DNA of 63,932 bases, counting the filler, from Octopus bimaculoides (taxonomy: Eukaryota), in NCBI RefSeq assembly GCF_001194135.2. It is 4 parts of 4 records of this genome, joined end to end, with 100 filler letters (N's around TTAATTAATTAA, not from the genome) between each part and the next. Parts side by side here need not be neighbours in the genome. Positions count along the whole stretch, not along the records: positions 1 to 22,941 come from NC_068983.1; positions 23,042 to 51,984 come from NC_068992.1; 2 more parts are not named here. The stretch is one strand, 5' to 3'. Below, piece by piece: positions 10,824 through 23,589 of the stretch (positions are counted from its first letter, which is position 1; each line of letters starts with the position of its first letter). The notes below the pieces were generated by a model. The model was not told the origin of the DNA. It worked only from the letters and a program-made list of their open reading frames with translations, and made no database searches. Both the position numbers and the translations under genes were made by a program.

Positions 10824-11489
10824 GGCATCAGTAGATGTCGGGTGGCCTCAGCTGCCAACTGCAGCTTCTTTTAGCCACGGTTGGGGAGCTGACACACCAC
10901 AATAAGAGAGTGATATAATAGGATGAACAAAACAGACTGACTGACTGATGTTACGTTGGAAATCCTAAATCGAAGCGTGTCGTGTGTGAGTGCTGTCGAG
11001 TATGACGAGTGCTGTCGAGTTTAGTGTGAGTGATGCTGAGTTTTGTGTGTATGTGGTGAATACTCATGTGTGTATGTATATGTGCATAGACTGACTAGAG
11101 GGATGCTGAGCACGAGATGAAGGAGGGAAAAGACTACAACGATGGTGATGGGGATGATGCTGGTAGTAGCGGAAGCGAAAATGATGTTTGTTGGTGGGAG
11201 GAGTAGGAAGAGGTTGAGGACATGTTGTAGGAGGAAACAAGAGAAGGGAAAGATGGTGAGGAAATTTATTATATTGAAATACCAGCAGCAAGTTGAGTTG
11301 AGTAGGACTGTGAGGAGGAGAGTATAAAGAATAAAAATAGCAGTACTGGTGGAGGTAGCTAGGTGGGGGAGATTAAAATGGTAGGTGCTGGAAGAAATTC
11401 TAGCCAGCTCGCCAGACTAGCATTAGAGGTAGTAAACATAATATTATTGAGTGTTATTACTAGTATTAGTAGTAGAGCAGTACATAGCC

Positions 11490-11800
11490 AAATCAGCAGA
11501 CAAAAATACATTGTGATGTTTTTAGTTACGCTCTGAGTTCATCTCTTACTAAAGTTGACTGCCTTTCTTCTTTCTGGGGTTCGATAAGTAGCAGTCAAAT
11601 ACTAGGGTAATCTCATCAATTATTTCCCTCCCTCACCAAAAAAATGTATGCTATTTCGCTCACATCAGAAATCGTTATTTGAATTAGTGACGAATTGTGC
11701 TTTGTGATATTTAGTTACGTCCCTTTATGTTCTCAGTTCAAGTCTCTCTCAGCGTCGAATTTATTTTTGCATCCTTTGTGGATTCATAGGAGAAACTAGT
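11490..11800 (+). mobile_element. Two degraded tRNA-derived SINEs (family D)
   Basis: acgctctgagttca...gttgactgcctttc...ggggttcgataag and atgttctcagttcaag...gtcgaatttatttttgcatcctttg resemble the copies at 43200 and 54355. Confidence 0.55.
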
Positions 11801-12193
11801 TCCTTTCTTCCATCACAATTTTTGGTCTTGCACTACAGTTATTATTGAACAACAAATGAAATGTTTTGCTATATTCAATCCCCTCCCTTTACACTCGCTC
11901 TATTCAAATCCCAACGAGGTTATTTTCCCCTTTCATCCTTCCAAAGTAAATAAAATAAAGTGTTAGGCAAGCACTGAGGTTGTTTTAATTGACAGTTCCC
12001 TCTCCAATCAAACCTGTGGCCTTGAGCATATGTTAGGCTGTTGTTGCTAGCACCATAATAATAACTGCAGCAGCAGCTACAATGGTACATAGTAGTAGGA
12101 ATAAATGGATACAGGCAATATCAATAACAGCAGTCATCCCAATACGTTCGCAAGCTTTATAGTTCATAACGTAAGAATGGTGTTGAATTGCAC

Positions 12194-12280
<87 letters not shown>

Positions 12281-12825
12281 GGTATATATATTTTTTCATC
12301 ACACACAACACACATGTTGGTCTAGCGGCAACATTAATATTTAATTAGGAAAAACTCGATACAGATAATTAATTTCGAGCATTTTATATTTTATTGTGCG
12401 TGGAGTAAAAAGATATGGGAGACCGATTAGATAGACGAGAAACTAGCTCCGATTAACGCATTTAAGACTGCATTTTACGGTATAAACATAAACAGTGTGA
12501 CAATTGGAGCTACATAAAGATTCTTTCGACACTATGTACACATAACATAGGTATTGTAATTTATTGTGTATGCTAAAATAGGTTATTACAATAAAAGAGC
12601 TGCCGTGTGCACGCATGAGCGTAAATGTTATGTTCGACTGAGTTGTTTCTGATGTTGATGGCCACAAATTTAATAGGGAAGTGGAATGAGGAAATGTGGA
12701 GTTTGGTCCTTTTTCAAAGGAAGTAACCAATTCAATGGATTTTGAAAAAAATCAGCCAAACTGAACAGGATGGGATTAGGACTTAGAGAGACCTTAAGAA
12801 CTTACAAGAATTCAGTGCGTGTGTG

Positions 12826-12856
<31 letters not shown>

Positions 12857-13014
12857 TTACGTGTGTGTACACGCGTGCTTGCGTGAGTGTGTGTGTGTGT
12901 GTACGAGCGCGCAGAGAATATGTAAATAATAACCCATAAAATATAATTTTACTTTTCGAAAGGAAATAAAATTGATAGAAAGTGTTTATTTATACTGCAA
13001 CTTTATATTTGAAA

Positions 13015-15300
13015 AGTTTTCTCCTGCTTTTTTAATTTCTAAGTCTTTGATCTGATCCTCAAAACTAATTTTACATAACATATCTGCTTTCTATATTTAG
13101 GAGAGATAAGGTATCCAGCCTGTCTTGTTGCGGAGTTATTCTGCTGGGGATTTTAATACGACTGAAGAAATGAACGATCAACTGAGCAATTTAGTAACCC
13201 TCAGGGTTTGAAATAAACGAAAGCCAATGTCTATATTTGGGAAGACACAATAATGTCTTATATAATTACTTTATGGAAGACAATATTACTTTTATAAAGT
13301 TCAGCATGACTGAATCTTGCTTTCACATTTTTTGTTGCCCGTGTGAATGAAGCTCTGCTATGTCTTTGTATATTTCTTATTTCAGTTTCAATTTAGTCCA
13401 ACAATTGTTGTGAAAAGAGACGATTCAAAATATATTTCTTGACATCCAAATATACTTCTGGAATTTCTGATTCATTTCCATCATTGAGTGCCTTCTTTCT
13501 GATGTTGTTGTGAGATTGAGGAGCCTTGTAATCAACATCTGCTAGCATTTCTATTCTGCTTCATTTTTGTTGTGTTTTTTTTCCAATTCAGCACATGAAG
13601 TGCACTCTCTTTCAATTAATAATCCGTATAAATCTGCATATGTTTTTATTTTGTAGAACCTAGTTCACTCTCTGGAAATTTAGCAAAATCTTGACCAAAG
13701 AAAATTCAATATAAAATCAAATTCTACTTCTTGCAATCTTAATTATAGTATTATTTGCTTCTCTGAGTACTTTTCTTTGTTACTTGTCCTCAGTTATACA
13801 TTCTAACACTTCCAAAATTGAAAGTAAACATCTCAAAACATTTGCTTTTTCTATCAAATACCATCCATCTGGTATCAGAGAGAGAATTTTAAGACATTTT
13901 CATTTTCAATGCAACCTTTAATAATTTTTCACTGTCTGGGTGAGGCTGCAAAGAAATTGCACTGTAGAAAAGAAATTACCAGCTTCTTGATAGCTATCAA
14001 CAGTACTTTGACCAACTATATTTATTGAATGGGCTGCACAGGGCACATATATGACAAAATTATTTTGTTTCTAAAATTTTTGCTGCATCTTCTTATAATA
14101 TCCAGACTTCTTAATAGCATTGTTGTAAGAATGACTGCTACATTTTGAAAAGTTTACCTTACAAATTTCACATAAGTACTATAACATTTGATTTGCCATT
14201 TTCTCACCAGTACACCTTTTCATTTCCAAACAGGTTCATTCGGTTCTCCATTAAAAACTTAAGTACAGTAATTAACTGATTGACATGTGGCCTGGTGTTA
14301 AATTAACTGACAAAATAACCAAATTTCACTTTGTCAACAATGAGCCCATAGACTTTTGAGCTATTAATTGAATGAATTCCTCACAGGTAGTTTTGGACAG
14401 GTAAAAAGGACATCCTCTACCAGAATTTCCACATTATGAAATATGACGTGCAAAAATGAATCAATCTAGCTTATGATCTAGAGCAGCAATAATCCAAATC
14501 CTACTTCTGCAATAATCTAAATGTTTCTTCTATTCTTCAAAAAGACAAGCCACATTCAGCGAACAGCTATGAGATACCACAAGACATGTTACTAGCAATG
14601 GCACACTTCCTAAATTTATTTCCTAACTATTGCCCCAACCCTACACTTTATCCATCAGTAAATTATTTAAGTATAGAATGTCTTTATTCACCACAACCAA
14701 TTACAATAGCGTTTCACTACTCACTGAACCCTTCTCTTTAAAATGTGAGAGCAGATAGTTTACAAGAAAAACAGTAAGCTAACCCTGTTGATACTGAATA
14801 CAATAAGCACTCTTTTTTGTATTTCTCACCATTGGCTTTTGTCTAAAGGAAAATTTTTATGAACAATATCAGACTGGTTTGCCACTACTGGTAAGACTCG
14901 TCAAATAGTCTATTTTGATGTTAACAGTCAGTAGATTCACAAGCAATTCAATGAGCTCCATCACCAGCAGAGAATTCAAGTTACAACCCTGGACCTTTTG
15001 CTATATTCATTTGTAGGCTGAATCATTTCACCACCATCACCATGGTCCACTAAACTTTCATTGTCAACAATTATTTCAACCCCAGAATGTCTTGTAAAGT
15101 AACTTGAATCGACATTTGCAGTAGAGGTACCAAGAGACTACAGGCAAGTGAGATAAGTAGTAAGACATGTGCTACATGAACCTTCATGTGACACCTTAGT
15201 AATTCCATTATCATCATGTTTTGATTCTGAAATGCTCAAAGTGTTATTTGTGTCCACTTCTGATGATGGAAATTAGTTTCCATCCAGGGTCTTATCAATG
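13015..15300 (-). mobile_element. Decayed hAT transposase (Tip100/ZMYM1-like)
   Basis: Minus frames give CLLYSVSTGLAYCF, VPCAAHSINIVGQSTVD (about 14000-14047) and the dimerisation motif FPNIDIGFRLFQTLRVT / NCSVDRSF (about 13170-13245). Many stops and frameshifts. Confidence 0.85.
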
Positions 15301-15399
15301 ATGGTCCAGTTGATGTTTTGGGTCATTCCTGAGGTTGCAAAGTCTCCAGAAGAAACAAGACCAAGAGGTGGAATTTTCTCTATCCCTGCATCTAAGCAG

Positions 15400-17200
15400 G
15401 TGCATATGCTACATGTACCTTCCCTTGAAGTTGTTAGCTGTCATATCTGTGTAGTGCCTTGTGATGCCAGTGGATGTTGAGAAGGTGGCTCTGTAGACTA
15501 CAGCCCTTGGGAGGCAGGATCCTCCTAGAGGACAGCTGGCAGAGTTTTGATAGTTACAGGTTGGTGTTGGAGGTTGTGCAGATGAATATTTACATCTGTT
15601 GTAGTGTGCAATGTTAGAGGCAATGTTACTTAAGTAAGAACAGCTCACCTTGATGTTATGCAGGTTGAAAAGCTTATAATACTTGTGACCCATAGGGAAG
15701 TGCTTCTTAATCAATGACAAAAAGCTCCTAGCTACATTAATGGAAACTTCTAGGTTAAATGGGAGGGGCAGATTATCTTTCTCTTTCTTCTCCTCTTTAA
15801 ATGTTTGGGTGGACAAACATGTGGCATCTGCCATGTATGCCAACTTCTCAAAAAATACACTTCTTGCCAATGCATCATTGCAGTAGGAGAGGGTTGTTGA
15901 AGCTCTCCTATCAACTGAAAGTTTACGTATTCTGCTAACACACGGAACTAGGTTTCTAATAACAATGGTGGAAAGAAAATGATTCAGGTTTCTCTGGATG
16001 TATACAGTTTCATCATTGAGCTTCCTGTAAGGACAGTAATTGTCTGGACAGGCTGAATTCTTGAAATACTTTTATCAGGTCCTGCCTAAATTTGTCCATG
16101 GCATGGTCATTCATATGGCATGAGATTGCCAGGCTCTCATTCATGTAAAGAGCCAAGCTGTGAGGGTGTATGCATTTCTTGAGGGTGTCCAATATAAATA
16201 ACTTGATGAGATCAGCAATCTCAGCACTGTTGTCGCTCCCCATAGAAACGTCAAACAGTGGATTGCCTTCTTTCTTCACCCAGAAGGAATTGTCACAAAC
16301 CAAGATTGACTTTCTGGTGTTCATGATGATTCTGACACCAAAATCACTTATACTAGTGAATTGCCTAGTGAAATCCAAGGACTTCAGGAAAAGAGGTTTT
16401 GATAGAAGTCCATGATGTCAAGCTGTGAATCTGCGTGCTGAATTATTCTCAATACTGTGGAACCAGTCAATCACAACTGCACTGGAATCTCATTGTGTCA
16501 ATCCTATGACCCTTCTAACATCAGAGTTCATGGTATCCAGAATACACTTACTGACACTTTTTGAGGAGTTGATGAGCCTGCATTTGGGATTGGAGAGAAA
16601 ATTAGATTTATGACACTTAAGTGTAATATGGGGTGGGAGTGGCATAGCAACGCAGTCTACATGATCTGCTCTATTAAGAAGGATGGCTAACTCCTTCACT
16701 TATGAATTTATGTCATTGTATGTAGAGGTGCTAGTTTTCTTGTATGTCTTGGCGATCATGTGTGAGGAGTCTTGTATCTGTTGGGATACTTGTTTTATAA
16801 ATGTTCTTTGTTTTGCCTACAAGGATAAGTACATTAGGCAATTGGTTAATTTTTGCCATGTAGTCATATAAAGATTTGGAGAAGGGGTTAGGATGGTGCT
16901 GAAAGTGTACCTTCTTTATAATGTTCCATAAGTCAGCTTTGAAACTCTCAAGGTCCTTTATCTAGGGAGGGTACTTTGGGAATTTAAAACTTATCCATGA
17001 GGTGTAACAGTGGATGGATTCTTGATGACACTTTCAGTCTTCTCCATGAGCCACATCAAATAAATTTTCCTTGGTGATATCTGGATATTTTTCAATGAGT
17101 ATAGCAGCAGTTGTCTCACCATTGCAAACTGTTTAGCAGGCATTTGTGGATGGAGCTCAACAGGGTCTGGAGCATTTGTACAAGTGAGTGGACAAAGGAA
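15400..17200 (-). mobile_element. Decayed Penelope-like element (RT + GIY-YIG)
   Basis: ORFs 16490-16699, 16013-16378 (LFDVSMGSDNSAEIADLI...LALYMNESLAI, a degenerate RT) and 15409-15870 (CPLGGSCLPRAVVYRAT...HYTDMTANNFKGRY, GIY-YIG). Confidence 0.9.
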
Positions 17201-17242
17201 AGAAAGAGTCACTCAACACATTTAGTATAAGTTACATATGTT

Positions 17243-17998
17243 ATATTTAAAACAGTTTGATTCAGCCCTATACAACTTAAACTTTTGTAGGCTCCTTACA
17301 ATCATTGATATGCACATACACCCATACATGCATCCTTAAAATGTACATGCACACATTCATATACAACAAGCACTAATGCATACATATTCATAAACATGCA
17401 TGTACACAAATGAGCATGTGCACACACACACACACATGCTCAAACAACTGATACACACACAGTTGATGCATAGACCCACGTNNNNNNNNNNGATACACAC
17501 ACAGTTGATGCATAGACCCACGTATTCATTGTGCATGAGTACTCATACATGACTGATATGCACCTGCAAGCATACATACACCATAGCTAACAGACACATA
17601 CATACCAATGAGCTGATGTCATCAGCTCTCATCCACACACCATTTTACACACACACCCTCCACTCTCATACATTTGGTATACACACATCTTTGCCAACCA
17701 TGTTTTTGTTGGCCTGCAAGTCTCTCCAAAGATCAGCCAGACACCAAGGCACTACTGGCTTCTTGCCCAGCCATTTTGGTCCAAGTAATTTTCTTTTCTA
17801 ATGCATCTGGTGTTGCTGATATGTTGAGCTCACTTCTAACAATATCATGTGATCTACCTTGACCAATAGCAGCCCAGTTTCTGGTAGCCATCTTGGACTC
17901 CCTGTGTCTTTCCATTTGGTTAACTGAGCCTGAAAGAGCTTGTAAGAAGCCTATGAAACATTAAGCAGCATGGGGCTGAATCAAACTGTTTCAAATAA
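17243..17998. mobile_element. TIR-bounded composite element (AAACAGTTTGATTCAG termini)
   Basis: tttaaaacagtttgattcagccc (17246-17268) is inverted relative to gggctgaatcaaactgtttcaaa (17973-17995). Looser pairing continues inward (gtaggctccttacaa / ttgtaagaagcctat). Confidence 0.55.
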
Positions 17999-18549
17999 TA
18001 TTTATAGTATTTTTACACTTATTGTCAGGAACCTTATTTTTTGACCCTGCTTCAGCTGCACCATTTGCACCATGTGGTTCATGGTAAAAGTAGCAATAAA
18101 AGATTTCTGTAAAGCTCCACCCACTTCCCTTGATGCCCTAAGCACATGTTTATTTTAATACCGATTAATCCAAACCTGAAACTGAAGAGCATTATGTATT
18201 GTGATGAGGATCTAACATGATGATTTAATGGAAGCCAGGTGGTCAAAAGGTTGTAGCAGTGATGGGTGATATTTCTAGCTACATTTTTATATAATAAGCC
18301 AATGTCATTGTCAATGTGTGCCAACATACATTATGTTTGCATAATTTATTCCATATGCAAATAAACCCCATCATTTTTGACAAGTGCTAAGCTTTTTAAC
18401 ATTTACTTCATTACTGCAATACTCTTCTCAAAATACTTGAATGTGAATGTTGGAGAACATGTAAGATGTTGCCTAGAAGAAAATCATTTCAGCCTCTATT
18501 CGTTTTCTGCATACTCTAAAACTTCATTCATAGTCATCTATCAACTATA

Positions 18550-19130
18550 ATATGCAGTTGATGATACTGGTGTATTTCATCAATCAGACAGTCCATAAAG
18601 AATCTCAAAATTCAGCTTATCAGAGTCAGACACTTGTTGAGCACTCACAAGAGTCTTAGACTACAACCACCTATTTGTATAACCATCCATCTTTCAACAG
18701 TATTTCTAAAAGTCAAATCTTGGACCACTTTGTGTATCTTGGAAAAATCATTTCTAGCAACACAGCATTGATCGAGAAATGTAATAACAGAATCAAACCA
18801 GATGCCTTTTTTTGTGTGGATGTGCCTTCTCAAACCAGAACCTTAGCCTTTTTTTTTTACAAAAAACACTAGTGACCAAACTGTTTGTATTTTAACTCAA
18901 TTATGTATTTCAAAATGTGGAAGCAAATCAGAACACTGGAAGCCATTCACATTTACTGTCTTGGAATCACTTGGAAGAACAAAATTCCTCATAGTGAAAT
19001 TCTTAGGCATGGTCAATTAATCAGGAGTGTTCGTGAAGTGCATTCTCCATTAGGTTGGGCTTGTAATCTATAAAGAGGAATACCAACTGCCAACTTACCA
19101 TTCTGTGGTGAGCTAACTGGGAACTCTCTT
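18550..19130 (+). mobile_element. Highly decayed RTE LINE RT fragment
   Basis: QILDHFVYLGKIISSNTALIEKCNNRIK matches the RTE F-x-YLG-S motif; downstream LEAIHIYCLGITWKNKIPHSEIL. Confidence 0.7.
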
Positions 19131-20008
19131 CAATGTGATAGTCATATATCTATGTTTATATATAAGTGTGTGCTATGGTATGGCTATTTTTATTGTTATT
19201 TAGCCCAGGTCAGCATGATTGAGCACCTCTAATCAAAGGCATTCCTGCTATGACTATATTGTTTTTCATTCAAACAATGTAACAGAATTATTATCCAATG
19301 TGCCTTTACATTTTTTTTAAAGACATGAGGGGGTAATTCTAAGGAGATTTGGCAGTTCTTTCTACCAGTGACCTCATTGAAACTCTTCCACCAGATCCTG
19401 TGGTGTTACATAGTATGTTGTGATAGTTTGTATGTGTGTGGATGGATGTGTGTGTATGTATGTAAAGGTGTACATTACCAATTTCTGAAACTTTAGGACA
19501 TATTTCACTATGTACATGTTTGTATGCATTATCCATCTAGCTTCTTTTTAACCCTGACCCTATAATAGGACTAAGAGTTCATGTGTTCAAATCTGCTAAT
19601 AGCATTGCATTTGGATTATAGATAGAAAACTTCATTGTACAGTCTAACTGTTGAGAATAACTACAATATCATCTGGAAATGTTATCTGTCTGTCTGTCTA
19701 GGAAAAACAACAAAAGTCAAAAGACATACACAGTACCTATATTAGATTGACGCTGAAAGAAAATAAGATCAAAATAGAGGTGGGGGTGATGTTTCAAGCA
19801 ATGGCACGTTGTCAGAAAGAGGAAAGAGTAAAAAGCCCAAAATATCAGATGTCATTATACACCACTGGTCACAGTGTGCTTCTTTGTATTGTTGTAGCCT
19901 TCAAATGATGCCACCCCTCTGGCTAGGCAGGCAGGCCCACATCTTCATTGAACAGGATGCCAGTTCATCACAGAGTTACCCATTATTCCAGACTGGACTG
20001 GAATAATG

Positions 20009-20076
<68 letters not shown>

Positions 20077-20249
20077 CATATATAGAATAAAGAATATGAG
20101 GGGTTTAGTTCACTGGTGATCTAAACAAATAGGTATACTGAGTAAGTGCTATAACTGGTCATCTGTTAAGTTCCAAGTTCCATAGTTATATATGAGTGAA
20201 TAGACAAATGAAAGAAGGGCACTCAACGCATTTATTGTGAGTTACATAT

Positions 20250-20405
20250 ATAGATCAAAACAGTTTGATTCAGACTCCTTGGCACTCTGAATTTCAAGCA
20301 TATGGCTGATCTTTGGCCATTGAGATCAGACCCCAATGGCTGAAGACTAGCCATATGCTTGAAACTTAGAGTATGAAGGAGTCTGAATCAAACTATTTAG
20401 ATCTG
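20250..20405. repeat. Foldback hairpin (MITE-like) with arms of about 72 bp and an 11-nt loop
   Basis: 20250-20322 pairs with 20334-20405, e.g. agtttgattcagactcctt / aaggagtctgaatcaaact and tttcaagcatatggct / agccatatgcttgaaa. Confidence 0.85.
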
Positions 20406-20489
20406 TATTATACATACATACATTTCAAATTTTTTACATATATATGTGTGTGTATGCGCGCGCGCGTGTGTATGTGTATATATATATAA

Positions 20490-21505
20490 CTTAACAAAGA
20501 CTAAAGTCCCAGCAAGCAAGAAAACTGACAGAACCCTACCTTACTCAGGTAGGTGGCCCTGTTTGATTTTTAGGAAAGGTGTAGGCAGGAACTCCAATAT
20601 GGTATACCCAGAGGTGAAATGGATTAATAGGAAAGTTATCAGAAAAGATAGTTTTCATATGTGGAAGATGCACAGGATCCATAAAAATTTTAGAGACTCA
20701 GGAAATTGATTCTCTCAAATGCCTTGGTGACTCATTAGAGGTAGTAGCTAATTTCTGCTACCTAGGGGACCAAATTAGTGGGGGAGAATGCATGGAGAGT
20801 GTGATAGCTAGAATAAGAATAGGATGGAGGAAATTCAAAGAGTTGCTACCTCTGTTGGCCACGAAAGGTTTCTCTCTCCAAGTAAAAGGAAGACTGTATG
20901 ATGCATGTATACAGACAGCAATTCTACATGGTAGTGAGACATGGACTCTGAATGCTGAGGACATGCGAAGGTTAGAAAGTAATGAGGCCAGTATGCTCCG
21001 CTGGATGTGTAATATAAGTGTACATTGAGTGCTAGTGTTTTGAGAAAGGAGTTAGGCATGAGGAATTAGTTGCTGTGTGCAAGAGAGAAGACTGCACTGG
21101 TTTGGTCATGTGATGCAGATGGATGCTGACTGCTCCATAAAGAAGTGCTAATCTCTCAAAGTAGATGGAAGACATGGAAGTGGGAGACCCAGGAAGATAG
21201 GGATGAAGTACTGAAGAATGATCTCAGGACACTGAACCTTGCAGGCAAGATGTCAAAGGACCAAGTTGCCTGGTGCCTTGTTGTAGTCATGGTAGTGTCA
21301 CATTAAAGCACCCATGTGGCATCACATAAAAACACCCATGTAGTACCACATAAAAGCACCTAGCACACTCTGTATAGTGGTTAGCATTAGGAAGGGCATT
21401 CAGCTGTAGAAACCATGCTAAACCTGACTCGCCAGCTTGCCAGCTGTGGTCAAACCATCCAAACCATGCCAGCATGGGCAGTGAAGACAGTGATGATGAT
21501 GATGT
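20490..21505 (+). mobile_element. RTE LINE 3' portion (RT C-half + 3' UTR + (GAT)n)
   Basis: ORF 20792-21028 reads ARIRIGWRKFKELLPLLATKGFSLQVKGRLYDACIQTAILHGSETW. Same 3' UTR as 2066-2611. Confidence 0.85.
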
Positions 21506-21524
21506 GTGTGTGTGCAACAGAGTA

Positions 21525-22020
21525 TTAGTGTATTGAGAGAGAGAAGTTAAGCATAAAGAAGAATTAGATGCAGTGTGCAAGAGAGGAGACTATGCTAGTT
21601 TGATCATGTGATGTGGATGGATGAGGACAGTTACATAAAGAAGTGCTAATCACCTAAAGTGGAGGGAAGTTGTGAAAGAGGGAGACCCAGGAAGACATGG
21701 GATGAAATATTGAAAGCTGATTTCAAAATATTGAATGTTACAAAGGAGATGACAAAGGACCGAGATATGTGGCACATTGCTGTACTCAAGAAGACTTGCC
21801 CACCACAAAAGAATTGAGACCCTAAAGACAAGGTGATATGTAAAAAGCATTGGTGTGGGTGCTGGTGCCATGTAAAAAGCACCCAGCACTCTGTGTGGAG
21901 TGGTTGGCATTAGGAAGGACATTAAGCTGTAGAAACCAAGCTAAAACAGACTATGGAACCTGGTGAAGCTCCTGGGCTAGCCAGTTCCTGTCACGCTATC
22001 CAATTCATGCAAGCATGATG
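21525..22020 (+). mobile_element. Second RTE LINE 3' fragment, same family
   Basis: Translates GRPRKTWDEILKADFKILNVTKEMTKDRDMW, followed by the family 3' UTR. Confidence 0.8.
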
Positions 22021-22471
22021 ATAATACATTTTATATATAGTGAAGGCAAAAAGACAACACACGAGGGACCAACCAGAGTCTCAATGTTTCAGATACTAAT
22101 TCTTCAACTGAGGAAAAGTAAAAAATTCAAAAGATGAAAAATGGTTGAGAAGAGAAAAAGAAAGCAACCAAAGGGTTAAGGGTTAAGTGGGAATGCAATT
22201 CTATAGGGAGAGTTCAGGAGGGAAGAAAGGAACAGAGATGTATGTGTGTGAGTGTTAGTGTGTGTGTATGCACGCATAGGAGTGTATTCATGCTTCGAAA
22301 TGAACATAAGGGTAGGGGCTTGTGTAAGTGGTTTTGTGGTGTATGTATGTGTGCAAGTACAAAAGTATAGTGGGTTAATTGGGTTAGTGTGTGAGATAAA
22401 AGGGGTAGTGAGAGGAACGTAGGTGGGAGTAATAGAACTGTATTCAGTGGTATGGGTGTGTGTGTGTGTTT

Positions 22472-22573
22472 ATACTTTATTTAAAAGCAGCAGAAATATA
22501 AATAAAGCATATCATTACTCTACCTCTGGTATTTAAGTACTCTTTTTTCCACCTTGTTCCACATTTATGTGCT
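22472..22573. mobile_element. Centre-deleted copy of the 576-795 hammerhead palindrome element
   Basis: tttatttaaaagcagcagaaatata (as at about 647-670) abuts aataaagcatatcattactctacctctggtatt...ccaccttgtt (reverse complement of about 585-655). Both ribozyme motifs are absent. Confidence 0.7.
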
Positions 22574-22574
22574 C

Positions 22575-22941
22575 GGCAGATGTTCAGGTGCAATAAACAC
22601 TGTAAACAAACAGGAAATAACTTCTATATCATTCCAGGGAGAAAAACTAGAGGTAGTCGATAGCTTCCGCTATCTGGGTGACCAAGTTAGTAGTGGGGGT
22701 GGGTGTGCTGAAAGTGTAACTGCTAGAATAAGAATAGCCTGGGCCAAGTTTAGAGAGCTCTTACCTCTGCAGGCGACAAAGGGACTGTCACTCAGAGTAA
22801 AAGGCAGACTGTATGACGCATGTGTACGAACAGCCATGCTACATGGCAGTGAAACATGGGCTGTGACTGCTGAGGACATGCGTAAGCTCGCAAGGAATGA
22901 AGCCAGTATGCTCCGCTAGATGTGTAATGTAAATGTGCATA
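22575..22941 (+). mobile_element. Third RTE LINE RT fragment, same family
   Basis: ORF 22554-22919 reads LEVVDSFRYLGDQVSSGGGCAESVTARIRIAWAKFRELLPL...LHGSETWAV. Confidence 0.9.
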
Positions 22942-23041
22942 NNNNNNNNNNNNNNNNNNNNNNNNNNNNNNNNNNNNNNNNNNNNTTAATTAATTAANNN
23001 NNNNNNNNNNNNNNNNNNNNNNNNNNNNNNNNNNNNNNNNN

Positions 23042-23086
<45 letters not shown>

Positions 23087-23589
23087 TTACCATTATCACC
23101 AGCTTCATCATCTTCATTGTCATCACCAACATTATCATCATCATCATCAGTGGTGATGTTGCTATACTTATCAGAAATATGGATTTTCAAACTGAGGCAC
23201 ACAAGGACACATATTTCAAAGGAATTGGAATCAGGTAGGGAAATGGTGATTGCTTTCACCTGGATGCTTTGTTCTGTTGATCCTCGTCACAAGCAGGACA
23301 GAAAGTAAATTTCACTTTAGTAGGATCTGAATAATAATATCATTAACGATAATGGCAATGTTGATGATAATGAACATAATGAGTATTTTAGTTTCATAAT
23401 AAAGAATTTTTTAGTTTGTTTTTATTTTCAATCAATGCAAATCAAAGGAAATCAATAATAATGATTTCTTACATTGACACAAGGTACTAAACGTGTAAAG
23501 AAGGGTTGTGATCAACATTAGAGAAAAGGGATCTCATTACAAGATATTTAGCCTGAAATTCTATTATATCTGCCAAGAACAACAACAAA

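Noticed and set aside
11064-11327. His/Pro-rich and Met/Arg-rich ORFs
   Set aside because: Derived from purine-rich degenerate trinucleotide repeats, with no splice or homology support.
17450-17523. Direct repeat across a 10-N gap (also 35474-35609)
   Set aside because: Exact duplication on both sides of a small gap is typical of unmerged contig overlaps.
22942-23041. TTAATTAATTAA flanked by 44 N on each side (also 51985-52084 and 62825-62924)
   Set aside because: Identical 100-bp blocks with stops in all frames are an artificial scaffolding spacer, not biology.
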